A stretch of DNA of 64,000 bases from an uncultured Bacteroidota bacterium (GTDB taxonomy: Bacteria > Bacteroidota > Ignavibacteria > Ignavibacteriales > Ignavibacteriaceae), in NCBI GenBank assembly GCA_963771705.1, contig CAVYUP010000004.1, positions 126,656-190,655 on the forward strand, given 5' to 3'. The notes beneath the pieces are model-generated. The model was not told the origin of the DNA. It saw only the letters and a list, made by a program, of their open reading frames with translations, and ran no database searches. How positions within the stretch are numbered: position 1 is the stretch's first letter; each line of letters starts with the position of its first letter. Below, piece after piece: positions 27,877-36,663 of this stretch. A program made the position numbers and the translations under genes.

Positions 27877-29743
27877 TAACAGCAGGTCGCCGGAAAGCCA
27901 GAGACCCTTTGTAGTTGAAAAAGCACCAGGCGAAAAAGAAATGATCGGTGGAATGGTTTCAGTTGAAATAAACGAGAAAAAGATCTCGATACCTCTCGGC
28001 ACAACCATACTTGAAGCATGCAGGATGAACCAGATCCACATTCCTTCCCTATGCTACCATGAAGACCTCTGCATAGCGGGAGTATGCCGTGTATGTGTAG
28101 TAGAGGTTGAGGGGATGAAGACATTACAGACAGCGTGTTCATTCCCGGTAACCACTCCTATAAAAATTCACACATCAACACCTCACGTAAGAAAAGCAAG
28201 GCGTCATATAATCGACCTTCTGCTAAGTGAGCATTACGGCGAGTGCTATACCTGTTCGAGGAACCAGAACTGCGAGCTTCAGGAACTGGCAAAGGAATAC
28301 GGAGTTGACGGATTCACTTTCGGGCACATTGAAGAACCAAAATATCCTGTAGACAGATCATCGTCATCTGTTATAAGAAATATGAACAAGTGTGTCCTTT
28401 GCAAGAGGTGTATAAGGACGTGTATCGACCTTCAGGAAGTAGGCGTGCTGGAAGCCCTTAACAGGGGGCACGAAACGAAAGTTGGTACTTTCCTGGACAA
28501 ACCGCTGGCAGATGTAATTTGCATAAACTGCGGTCAGTGCATTAACCGTTGTCCCACCGGCGCACTAAAGGCAAACGACCCATCTGATGAAATATGGAGA
28601 GCAATCGATGATCCTTCTAAACACGTAGTTATACAAACCGCGCCTTCTCCGCGGGCAGCAATAGGTGAGGAATTCGGTATAGAGCCGGGTCACTCTTTTA
28701 CCGGCGAGCTCAACACAGCATTAAGAAGGATCGGGTTTAACAGAGTTTTCGACACAAACTTTACCGCAGACCTTACCATTATGGAAGAAGGCACAGAGCT
28801 GCTCAACAGGCTTAAAAAAGCTCTTGTTAATAAAGACGAGTCGATTAAGCTGCCGCAGTTCACCTCCTGCTCGCCAGGCTGGGTAAAGTTCATAGAGCAC
28901 TTCTACCCTGAATACCTTGATTATCTTTCAACGGCAAAATCTCCCCAGCAGATGTTCGGGGCGCTCATAAAAACCTTTTACGCTAAGGAAGCAAAAGTAG
29001 ATCCCGCTGATATAGTTACCGTTGCGCTTATGCCCTGTTCGGCCAAAAAATTTGAATGCAACAGGCCGGAAATGAATGATTCAGGATTCAAAGACGTTGA
29101 TTATGGTTTAACCACCCGCGAAATGGCTCAGATGATTAAAGAAGCGGGAATTTATCTTCCGGAAATGCCGAAGTCGCATTTTGACGATCCCTTCGGGGAC
29201 GCATCGGGTGCGGGACTGATATTCGGAGCGACCGGAGGAGTAATGGAAGCCGCTTTAAGGACGGTATACGAGCTGGTTACGGGGAGACCTGTACCGTTTA
29301 AGAATCTTGATATCACTCCCTGCCGCGGTTTCGACGGTGTTAAGCAGGCATCCGTTAAACTTGAGAACTGTGTTAACGAGTATAAATTCCTTGAAGGAAT
29401 AGAATTAAAGTTCATCGTTGCACACGGAACAGCCAATGCAAAGAAGGTAATGGAAATGCTGCGGCGGGGTGAACTAAAGGACGTTCACTTTGTAGAGATA
29501 ATGGCTTGTCCCGGCGGATGCCTTGGAGGTGGAGGGCAGCCTATACCGACATCTTCCGAAATAAGGCAGAAGCGGGCGCAGGCAATTTATGAAGAAGACG
29601 CATCATTACCCGTCAGGAAATCCCATGAAAACGAGCATGTTCAGTACATTTATGAAAACTTCCTGACCGAGGGTCCCTGCAGCGAACTATCGCATAAACT
29701 GCTGCATACCCATTACACAAAAAGAGGCAAATTCATTTCATAA
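27863..29743 (+). CDS. hydA: [FeFe]-hydrogenase catalytic subunit paralog (HydA2) with a non-canonical L1 motif
   Basis: NuoG-like N-terminus ([2Fe-2S], HxxxCxxC..C, 2x4Fe-4S). L1 is FTSCSPGW (28859-28882), L2 is MPCSAKKFEC, L3 is EIMACPGGCLGGGGQP. An alternative start at M27 (27941) is possible. Confidence 0.88.
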   Translation: MEKNNNSRSPESQRPFVVEKAPGEKEMIGGMVSVEINEKKISIPLGTTILEACRMNQIHIPSLCYHEDLCIAGVCRVCVVEVEGMKTLQTACSFPVTTPIKIHTSTPHVRKARRHIIDLLLSEHYGECYTCSRNQNCELQELAKEYGVDGFTFGHIEEPKYPVDRSSSSVIRNMNKCVLCKRCIRTCIDLQEVGVLEALNRGHETKVGTFLDKPLADVICINCGQCINRCPTGALKANDPSDEIWRAIDDPSKHVVIQTAPSPRAAIGEEFGIEPGHSFTGELNTALRRIGFNRVFDTNFTADLTIMEEGTELLNRLKKALVNKDESIKLPQFTSCSPGWVKFIEHFYPEYLDYLSTAKSPQQMFGALIKTFYAKEAKVDPADIVTVALMPCSAKKFECNRPEMNDSGFKDVDYGLTTREMAQMIKEAGIYLPEMPKSHFDDPFGDASGAGLIFGATGGVMEAALRTVYELVTGRPVPFKNLDITPCRGFDGVKQASVKLENCVNEYKFLEGIELKFIVAHGTANAKKVMEMLRRGELKDVHFVEIMACPGGCLGGGGQPIPTSSEIRQKRAQAIYEEDASLPVRKSHENEHVQYIYENFLTEGPCSELSHKLLHTHYTKRGKFIS

Positions 29744-29753
29744 TTAGTAATTT

Positions 29754-29795
29754 GAGGCTGCCGCCAAAGTTAATTCCGCGGCGGCCTCATTTTAT
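29754..29795 (+). terminator. Rho-independent terminator after hydA2
   Basis: gaggctgccgcc (29754-29765) pairs with gcggcggcctc (29778-29788), giving 10 bp with one bulge, followed by atttta. Confidence 0.65.
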
Positions 29796-29805
29796 ATGGA
29801 GTAAA

Positions 29806-31194
29806 ATGATTTCCCTTATTCCTACATGGGCCCATCATTACGATGAATTCTGGAAAACCCTGAGGGGGAGGAATCTCTGGTTCATCAAGCTGAGATACGG
29901 AGCGGCCGCGGTACTGCTTCTGGTACTCTTCGGTTCAGATTTCGTTATCAGCATTAAATTTTCTCCTGTTCAGCATTATGCCATTCTGCTGGTTACCTTT
30001 ATTATTCTCGGCTATAACGTTATACTTCATTTTCTAAGAAGGTATGTAGTTCCCAGGCCTGACGGCTTCAATCCTATTCATCATTCACTCATCCAGATGC
30101 TGCTGGACATCACCGCTCTGTTCCTGCTGGTTTACTTCACAGGAAGCATTGAATCACCGCTGTTTCTCCTTTTTGTATTTCATATGATCATAGGGAGTCT
30201 CATTCTGCCGGGAGCAGTGATTTACGGAATCGCGTTCTGCATAGTAGCTGTATTTACGAGCATTGTTCTGCTTGAATATAAAGGCGTGCTATACCATCAT
30301 TCAGTAGCGGGATTTTTAAGTGTTCCTGTTTACCAGGAATTCAACTACATAATAACAGTAGCAGTACTTTTCGGTTTCCTGATATTTATAATTGTACTTC
30401 TAACGAACAGGATAGCAAGGCAGCTTTACACCAATGAGCAGCAGCTGGTTGAAACAATTCAGAAGCTCAACAAGGCGGAAGAAGAGAAACAGAAATATAT
30501 AATAGGCGTGGTGCATGAACTTAAGTCGCCCATAGCCGCGGTACAGTCGTATATAGAAATGATCCTGCAGAAATTCCTGGGGCCGCTGAACAAAGATGTA
30601 GAGCAAAGACTACGGTCGGCCAGGGAAAGAGCTGACGAAGCAATAGGGATGATAAATAACATACTTAAAATTTCACGGCTGAGACTGATGAGCGAGATAG
30701 CTGTGGAGAATATAGACATCAAGGAGATCTTCTGTTCTATTCTCGAAAAGCTTAAGGGAGGGATTGAAACAAAGAAAATTAATGTTAAGCTGACCGATGA
30801 CCGCCTTCTTAGGACCCCGGTGAGGGGGGATAAATTTTTAATAGAGATGGCCGTTTCAAATCTTTTATCCAATGCAGCAAAATATGTACCCCCCGAAGGA
30901 TCCATTGATATAATTATAACCGAAACCGAAAAGGGGATTGACATCGATGTGTCGGACAACGGGGTAGGCATTCCTATTAAAGACCAGGAGAATATATTCA
31001 AGGATTTCTACAGGGCCTCGAATATAAAGAACAAGGGATATGAAGGCGCGGGGCTGGGATTATCCATAGTTAAGCAGATAATTATGAGGCATGGGGGGAC
31101 GATATCAGTTGAAAGTCCCGGCAGAATTGCCGATAATGAAACTTCAGGAACGACGTTTAAGGTATTTATCCCATTCCAGTCGGGAGACAATTAA
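29806..31194 (+). CDS. Polytopic membrane sensor histidine kinase
   Basis: About 6 TM helices, H-box VVHELKSPIAAV, HATPase (LLSNAAKYV, DNGVGI, GAGLGL). I use the ATG at 29806 because the ORF-track start at 29752 lies inside the terminator hairpin. Confidence 0.85.
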   Translation: MISLIPTWAHHYDEFWKTLRGRNLWFIKLRYGAAAVLLLVLFGSDFVISIKFSPVQHYAILLVTFIILGYNVILHFLRRYVVPRPDGFNPIHHSLIQMLLDITALFLLVYFTGSIESPLFLLFVFHMIIGSLILPGAVIYGIAFCIVAVFTSIVLLEYKGVLYHHSVAGFLSVPVYQEFNYIITVAVLFGFLIFIIVLLTNRIARQLYTNEQQLVETIQKLNKAEEEKQKYIIGVVHELKSPIAAVQSYIEMILQKFLGPLNKDVEQRLRSARERADEAIGMINNILKISRLRLMSEIAVENIDIKEIFCSILEKLKGGIETKKINVKLTDDRLLRTPVRGDKFLIEMAVSNLLSNAAKYVPPEGSIDIIITETEKGIDIDVSDNGVGIPIKDQENIFKDFYRASNIKNKGYEGAGLGLSIVKQIIMRHGGTISVESPGRIADNETSGTTFKVFIPFQSGDN

Positions 31195-31205
31195 AGAAGG
31201 CATTT

Positions 31206-31397
31206 ATGGCGACATTTATCCTTTGGCTAATTCTTTTAATCGTATGCTGGCCGCTGGCGCTGGCCGCTTTGATCCTTTACCCCTTTCTCTGGCTGATACT
31301 ATTACCCTTCAGGCTTATAGGAATAAGCGTAGACGGCATTCTTAAACTCATCTCATCGCTGATAAAGCTGCCGGCAAGAGTGATGGCGAAGCGCTAA
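31206..31397 (+). CDS. Small (63 aa) two-TM hydrophobic protein, family not recognised
   Basis: aaagaagg RBS 6-8 nt upstream. Very hydrophobic (WLILLIVCWPLALAALILYPFLWLILLPF). Lies directly after the kinase gene. Confidence 0.45.
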   Translation: MATFILWLILLIVCWPLALAALILYPFLWLILLPFRLIGISVDGILKLISSLIKLPARVMAKR

Positions 31398-31864
31398 TCC
31401 TTCGGAGCCCAAACCCTCAGGAAGGACATGAATTTTTCAGGATTATAATCTTTCCCTTGTTCCAGTTTGCCGGTATCCTGTGAATGGAGAAAACTGCCGT
31501 CCTTACCAAGTACGAAGAAATGGGGGTAGCCAGATATCTTCGGGTAGCCCGACAGAAAATCTTCGTTTTTATTCTCCTGGCTGTAATTAACCTTCATTAC
31601 AATATAATTGCTGTGAAGGAAGGTGTTTATCTCTTCGTGGCCTTCGATAAAAGCATCGATCCTATGGCACCAGATGCACCATTCGCCGCCGACATCAAGA
31701 AGAATATTTTTCCCGGTTTTCTGAGCCTCAGCTATAGCGGTCTGCAGATCAGCCGAGGGGTTTCTGCCTGGATCAAACTTTGTTACAGGCTGGTAATCTG
31801 TTTGAGCAGAGACCTTAGCAGAAAGTAAAATTAAAACAGCAAAAAAGAATAATGGAATTTTCAT
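31394..31864 (-). CDS. Secreted thioredoxin-fold protein (DUF255/thioredoxin_7-like, CxxC)
   Basis: Signal peptide. GGEWCIWCHR active-site-like motif. Confidence 0.75.
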   Translation of the reverse strand: MKIPLFFFAVLILLSAKVSAQTDYQPVTKFDPGRNPSADLQTAIAEAQKTGKNILLDVGGEWCIWCHRIDAFIEGHEEINTFLHSNYIVMKVNYSQENKNEDFLSGYPKISGYPHFFVLGKDGSFLHSQDTGKLEQGKDYNPEKFMSFLRVWAPKD

Positions 31865-31961
31865 GGTTCAAGTAAAAAGTAAAAGTTAAAAGTAAGGAAG
31901 GAAGATAAGGGAAAATGGAAAAAGTAAAAAGGAAAAAGTAACGCAATACGCTAAGTACGTT

Positions 31962-31997
31962 AATTCGTACTATTCGTACGATCCGCACTATTCGTCA
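31962..31997. repeat. Degenerate 9-bp tandem repeat (consensus tattcgtac, 4 units)
   Basis: Read directly: aattcgtac|tattcgtac|gatccgcac|tattcgtca. Confidence 0.7.
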
Positions 31998-32016
31998 TCC
32001 GGCAAGTTTGCTCAAT

Positions 32017-32631
32017 TCAAACCAGGTATCTTATCACGAAGAATCCCCCGATAAGGAGCAGCGTAAACGCGATAGCCAGGGAATTAAAATATTTATCGAT
32101 GAAAGTTTTAATCCGGGGACCGAATTTCCATATTAATCCAGCCACCAGGAAGAACCGTGCGCCGCGGCTTATAAAGGACGCAATAACGAACATGGGGAAA
32201 AAGATATTAAAAGCTCCCGCTGAGATAGTAAAAACCTTATAAGGAAGCGGGGTAAATCCGGCAGTAAAGATGATCCAGAAATTATACTCATTATACAGGT
32301 GCTGTATCCTGTAAAAGACTTCTCTGGTGAACCCGGGTATATTCCTGAAAAAGAAATCGGCTACAGACGTGAACTCGCCGTTCGGGGTCCACCAGACATA
32401 ATGGCCGATAGCGTAACCGAACAAGCCTCCGACCAGGGAAGCGGCGGTACAAATAGCAGCGTATTTGAAAGCCTTTCTTCTGGCTCCAAGCACCAGGGCG
32501 ATAAGGAGGGCATCGGGAGGAATAGGGAAAAACGATGACTCAGCAAAAGCCAGAACGAAGAGGGCTATGCCTCCGTAGGGAGTTTCCGCCCAGCTGAGCA
32601 CCCAGTCATATAATCTTCTTAGAACCTTCAT
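32017..32631 (-). CDS. YqaA/DedA-type (VTT domain) membrane protein
   Basis: The N-terminal WAETPYG..ALFVLAFAESSFFPIPPD motif is characteristic of the YqaA family. 4-5 TM segments. Confidence 0.75.
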   Translation of the reverse strand: MKVLRRLYDWVLSWAETPYGGIALFVLAFAESSFFPIPPDALLIALVLGARRKAFKYAAICTAASLVGGLFGYAIGHYVWWTPNGEFTSVADFFFRNIPGFTREVFYRIQHLYNEYNFWIIFTAGFTPLPYKVFTISAGAFNIFFPMFVIASFISRGARFFLVAGLIWKFGPRIKTFIDKYFNSLAIAFTLLLIGGFFVIRYLV

Positions 32632-32834
32632 AAACCTTTTTTTTCAGGAAGTAAACATAAGGATTTTCAGGGAGTATTTAATATTATATCGGGCAAAAAA
32701 AAATCCCTTTTCAGCTAAAAACAGTTTACTTTGAGCATTAATGTTAATAATTTAGCACCGAATCAAAATTCAATATTTAAAAAGCGACCAAAGTAACTAT
32801 TCATTTATTCATAAAAACTTAGGAGAGTCAGAAT

Positions 32835-33404
32835 ATGAAAAAACTGTTATCACTAGCAGCCGTATTGGTTATGATTTGTGCTGTCAGCAACCAGGCTCAG
32901 GATAAATTTCATTTAGGTGTTGGACCTTTTATTGGTATTCCTATGGGAAGCTTTGGTGATGTCACCAGTATCGGTTTTGGCGGTCTTGCAGAGGGCGAAC
33001 TGGAATTCACACCTCAGGTAGTTGGTACTGCGGAAATTGGTTATATAGTATTCAGTGGTAAAAGCGTAACTGAAAGCGGTTATACTTTTGATTATGGTAA
33101 TTGGTCAGCTGTTCCAGTCCTTGTAGGTGCAAAGTATTATTTTAGTCCTATGTTTTATGGTCAGGCTCAGATAGGATTAAACTTCTTATCATATTCAACA
33201 ACAGTTCCTGATTATAATTTCTTCACCGGAACATACACAACCAGGGAAGTTACTGCCAGCGACACTAAATTCGGATATGGTTTTGGTGTCGGTTATGAAC
33301 TTCCTGTAGGAGCAAAAGGATCGCTTGATTTCTTCGCTAAATTCGGAAGTCTTGGTTCTGATGCTCAGTTCTTAGGCCTTACAGTTTTCTACAAATTTAT
33401 GTAA
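32835..33404 (+). CDS. Small outer-membrane beta-barrel protein
   Basis: Signal peptide (AVSNQAQD). Alternating aromatic/Gly beta-strand pattern. C-terminal ...TVFYKFM. Confidence 0.7.
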   Translation: MKKLLSLAAVLVMICAVSNQAQDKFHLGVGPFIGIPMGSFGDVTSIGFGGLAEGELEFTPQVVGTAEIGYIVFSGKSVTESGYTFDYGNWSAVPVLVGAKYYFSPMFYGQAQIGLNFLSYSTTVPDYNFFTGTYTTREVTASDTKFGYGFGVGYELPVGAKGSLDFFAKFGSLGSDAQFLGLTVFYKFM

Positions 33405-33422
33405 GAAGAGCGTACTTTTCTT

Positions 33423-33452
33423 AAGGCTGCTGCATGGCAGCCTTTTTTATTT
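33423..33452 (+). terminator. Rho-independent terminator after the OMP gene
   Basis: aaggctgc (33423-33430) pairs with gcagcctt (33437-33444) and is followed by ttttatttt. Confidence 0.75.
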
Positions 33453-33552
33453 TAAAATATTGATAATCTTCATAACTTATTATAATTAAATAAGTTAATA
33501 GATTTAAGATAACATCATAGTAACAAATAATTAGGAAATGCTTAAGGGGGAG

Positions 33553-36500
33553 TCAAATAGTTTTCTCAACATTTTCAAAATATTTATCTATTTCATTTTG
33601 TAAATCAATTGTTTTTGAAAGAGAAGTTACAATTTTGCAATAGGTTTTTATTTCCTCTGAAGTAAGAGTTCTGCCTTTTCGGTCTTTTAACCATTTTTCA
33701 CAAACCTGATAACCTCCAATTTGATATTGCCAAACTTCTTCTTTTATTCCATCAAAATATTGTCCTTTGTTTATCCAGACTTTCTCATTCTCATATTTTG
33801 GTTTTTCTACTTTGTTGTTTCCGTCTACCGGAAATTTCGAAAAAGTCTTATCCAATTCTTTTGATTTGAGCAAATGCAATTCTGCAAGTTGTTTACCAAG
33901 TTTACCAAGTTGAATAAAAAGTTTGTAATCCTTGGTGAAAGGAACACGCGGGAAATCTATCTTTAAGAATTCTGCATATTTTGAACGGTAGGAATTGCTA
34001 TAAAGCACGGCATAGATGTAATAAAATATTTCTTCCGGTGTTAATTCTTTTTTAAAATTCCTTTTAAGCTCTTCAAACAACTCTGATTTTATGTTTGGTT
34101 GTTTTGATTTGTAATTTGTTTCAGGTTCGAACATCATTATTTGAGAAAGTGGATTTTTCTTTTTTTCATTATTTATCGTTTTCGGATAGAGATAAAGTGG
34201 TAATAAATAATTTATTTCACGGGTCCTATTTGAAATAACACAAGCTTCTGAAATTCTATTTGTTACAAATGAATGATAAAAACCAAGTTTATTTTGCTGT
34301 CGACAAATTAATAATCCAACATTTTCTTCTAAAAAATGTTGCATAACTTCGCTTCGTGGCATACAATGGAATCCGCGTGATTTACCGGTATAGTAAGTAT
34401 AGCGAACATCAAAAGGACGATATAATATTTCAGTTAAATGATTTTTATCTAAACCACTTTCTTTCAAATCATTTTGTGCAAATTCAACTTTCCAATCTCT
34501 TGCATCCTGGCCAAGTTGATATGTTTGTCTTGCTAATTCGGATTCAAGTCTTGCAAAATTTTGTACCCGCTTCCAAATTTCATCTTCACTCCAACCGATA
34601 GTTAAAGCATCTCGGGCAGTTACTATGCCAACACTGTTCACCGGAAATATTTCTGTTATTTTCCAAAAAGACTGATAACTTTTATGCAAAGTTTGGTCTT
34701 GTGGAATAAAGAGATAAAACTCCTTATTGGGTTTCAGTCTTTTCCACTTAACATTCTTAATATTGTGTTTATTAAGCCAATCGTATTTGGTTTCTCTTAA
34801 TCCAAAAATCTCGTGATGAACAATTGATTTAGTTTTTGCTTTCTTATGTTTAATAAAAAACGCTATAGCAACGCCTTGCTGAATATCAAAAACATTTTCG
34901 TCTTTGCTTCCGTCGGAAGCTTTTTCTTTCCTCAGACTATTACCGTGTAAATCGAGGATATAAATATCATCAAAACTGTTCATTAGTGATTGGCGCATTC
35001 CTCTGAATGTAGGATTATCGAGATAGCTGTGGTTTGTAATAAAACCAAGTACACCTTCACCTGCCTCATCAATTTTCCACTGTGAAAAGCGGATAAATTT
35101 TACATAATCATCTTGCAGCCATTTGGGATTTTTTTCACCGAGTGGTTTTCCATCAACTTGATAGTATTCTTTAATAACATCAGAAATCCATTCGCCGGTA
35201 TTTGAAGAATGCCCAGAATAGGGTGGATTGCCGAGAACAACAAGAATCGGAACTTGCTTTTTAACTTTTCCGGCTTCGTGGCTTTCATGGGAGAGTGAGG
35301 ACATACCCGGAAATTTGGATTCATCAAGTTCTTTCATTTCGAGAGTGTTGGTTAAATAATATTTTACACGCTCATCATCTTCCATTCTATAGCCAAGTTC
35401 TTCCAAAAGGAAAGACATTTTCATATGCCCGATTGCATAAGGAGCCATCATCAATTCAAATGAATAATAGTTTTGAAGGATCTGATCTTTAAGAAATGTT
35501 TTAACCGCACCTTTGCCGTATTTGCTTTCAAATTCTTCGACCGCTGTTTCAATTGCTTTTGCCAAAAAGCTAAGAGTCCCACCGGCGGGATCGAGTAAAG
35601 TCACTTTCTTTGAAGCAAGTCCGTCAGAAATATTGAATTTATCTTTTAGAATCTGATGAAGCGAGCGGACTATGAAAGACACAACAGGTTCGGGTGTGTA
35701 ATAAACTCCCCTCTTTTCTCTTGTTTTTGGGTCATAAACCGAAAGGAATGTCTCGTAAAAATGTAATACCGGATCGCTTCCTTTGCCTTCGTGATAATAA
35801 TGATCGAGAATCTTCTTTGCATCTGCAACATTAAGAACTTCCGCAATATCATCAATAATAACTTCCATCTGCTGAGGTAAGTCTTCCAAAGAAATAAATT
35901 TGAAAACATCCCTTAAAATTCCAATAGATTTTGGGATGTATGAATAAGCAAGTTTTCTGTTAAAGTCTTTTTCAGCACGGAGACGGGCAGCGAACAAACC
36001 GTAAGTAATTGTCTGCGAATAAAGATCGGCAAATTCACTTTCATTTATTCCGGCGATTAAAAACTCTTTAAACGCATCATAAAAACCGTGTATTGATTTT
36101 GTGCCTAGCTTCAATTCCTCGCTTACAATTTCATCTTTAAGAAATTTGGTTCTTTTTGCAAGTTCAACCGCAAGAGTTTTTGCTGTGTAAGTTTTTGGAA
36201 GCGAAAAGTCTAAAAATCTTTCGAGCAGTTCAAATAATTTGTCTTCGTTTTCAAGAGGCGGAACCGTAGAAAGCTTTTTAATAACAAAAGGACGAGCAAT
36301 AGAAATTTGGTCAATCTTTTCACCGTTTCTATATAAACGAAATTCTGTAAAGTTTGTTAAAATAACATTTGGGAAAGTTGATAAATATCTTTCAAGTTGC
36401 TCACTGTCTTCAATCCTGTCAAGATCAACACCTAAATCCTTTGCCTCAATGTAACCGACTATTTTTTGTCTGCCATCCCAAACTCTAAAATCGGGGTTTC

Positions 36501-36663
36501 CGGCTTCTGTCTTTTTCGGCAGAATTGTTACATCAATTTTCTTTTTTCGTTCAGATTCAGAAAATACGGTAATAAAATCTGCAAGATGTTTATAATAAGA
36601 TTCTTCCCTTGCATCTCCCTTTTGATAAGCCTTAAATATATTCGATAAGTAATCTTTAGTCAT
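33553..36663 (-). CDS. Single-polypeptide restriction-modification enzyme (type IIG/IIL, MmeI-like): N-terminal PD-(D/E)xK nuclease + gamma-class N6-adenine methyltransferase + type-ISP-like C-terminal specificity domain
   Basis: D58...E73-A-K75 (NPDFRVWDG...GYIEAKD). FYETFL..YDP..R...GVYYTP. Motif I is LLDPAGGTLSF. Motif IV is NPPY (35218-35229). C-terminal YRPFDVRYTYY and QIGGYQVCEKWLKDRKGR motifs. No helicase motifs. The gene is much more AT-rich than its flanks. Confidence 0.8.
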   Translation of the reverse strand: MTKDYLSNIFKAYQKGDAREESYYKHLADFITVFSESERKKKIDVTILPKKTEAGNPDFRVWDGRQKIVGYIEAKDLGVDLDRIEDSEQLERYLSTFPNVILTNFTEFRLYRNGEKIDQISIARPFVIKKLSTVPPLENEDKLFELLERFLDFSLPKTYTAKTLAVELAKRTKFLKDEIVSEELKLGTKSIHGFYDAFKEFLIAGINESEFADLYSQTITYGLFAARLRAEKDFNRKLAYSYIPKSIGILRDVFKFISLEDLPQQMEVIIDDIAEVLNVADAKKILDHYYHEGKGSDPVLHFYETFLSVYDPKTREKRGVYYTPEPVVSFIVRSLHQILKDKFNISDGLASKKVTLLDPAGGTLSFLAKAIETAVEEFESKYGKGAVKTFLKDQILQNYYSFELMMAPYAIGHMKMSFLLEELGYRMEDDERVKYYLTNTLEMKELDESKFPGMSSLSHESHEAGKVKKQVPILVVLGNPPYSGHSSNTGEWISDVIKEYYQVDGKPLGEKNPKWLQDDYVKFIRFSQWKIDEAGEGVLGFITNHSYLDNPTFRGMRQSLMNSFDDIYILDLHGNSLRKEKASDGSKDENVFDIQQGVAIAFFIKHKKAKTKSIVHHEIFGLRETKYDWLNKHNIKNVKWKRLKPNKEFYLFIPQDQTLHKSYQSFWKITEIFPVNSVGIVTARDALTIGWSEDEIWKRVQNFARLESELARQTYQLGQDARDWKVEFAQNDLKESGLDKNHLTEILYRPFDVRYTYYTGKSRGFHCMPRSEVMQHFLEENVGLLICRQQNKLGFYHSFVTNRISEACVISNRTREINYLLPLYLYPKTINNEKKKNPLSQIMMFEPETNYKSKQPNIKSELFEELKRNFKKELTPEEIFYYIYAVLYSNSYRSKYAEFLKIDFPRVPFTKDYKLFIQLGKLGKQLAELHLLKSKELDKTFSKFPVDGNNKVEKPKYENEKVWINKGQYFDGIKEEVWQYQIGGYQVCEKWLKDRKGRTLTSEEIKTYCKIVTSLSKTIDLQNEIDKYFENVEKTI

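Noticed and set aside
29752-29805. ORF-track start (29752) for the membrane histidine kinase
   Set aside because: These 18 codons are the translation of the hydA2 terminator hairpin. The ATG at 29806 gives a sensible N-terminus.
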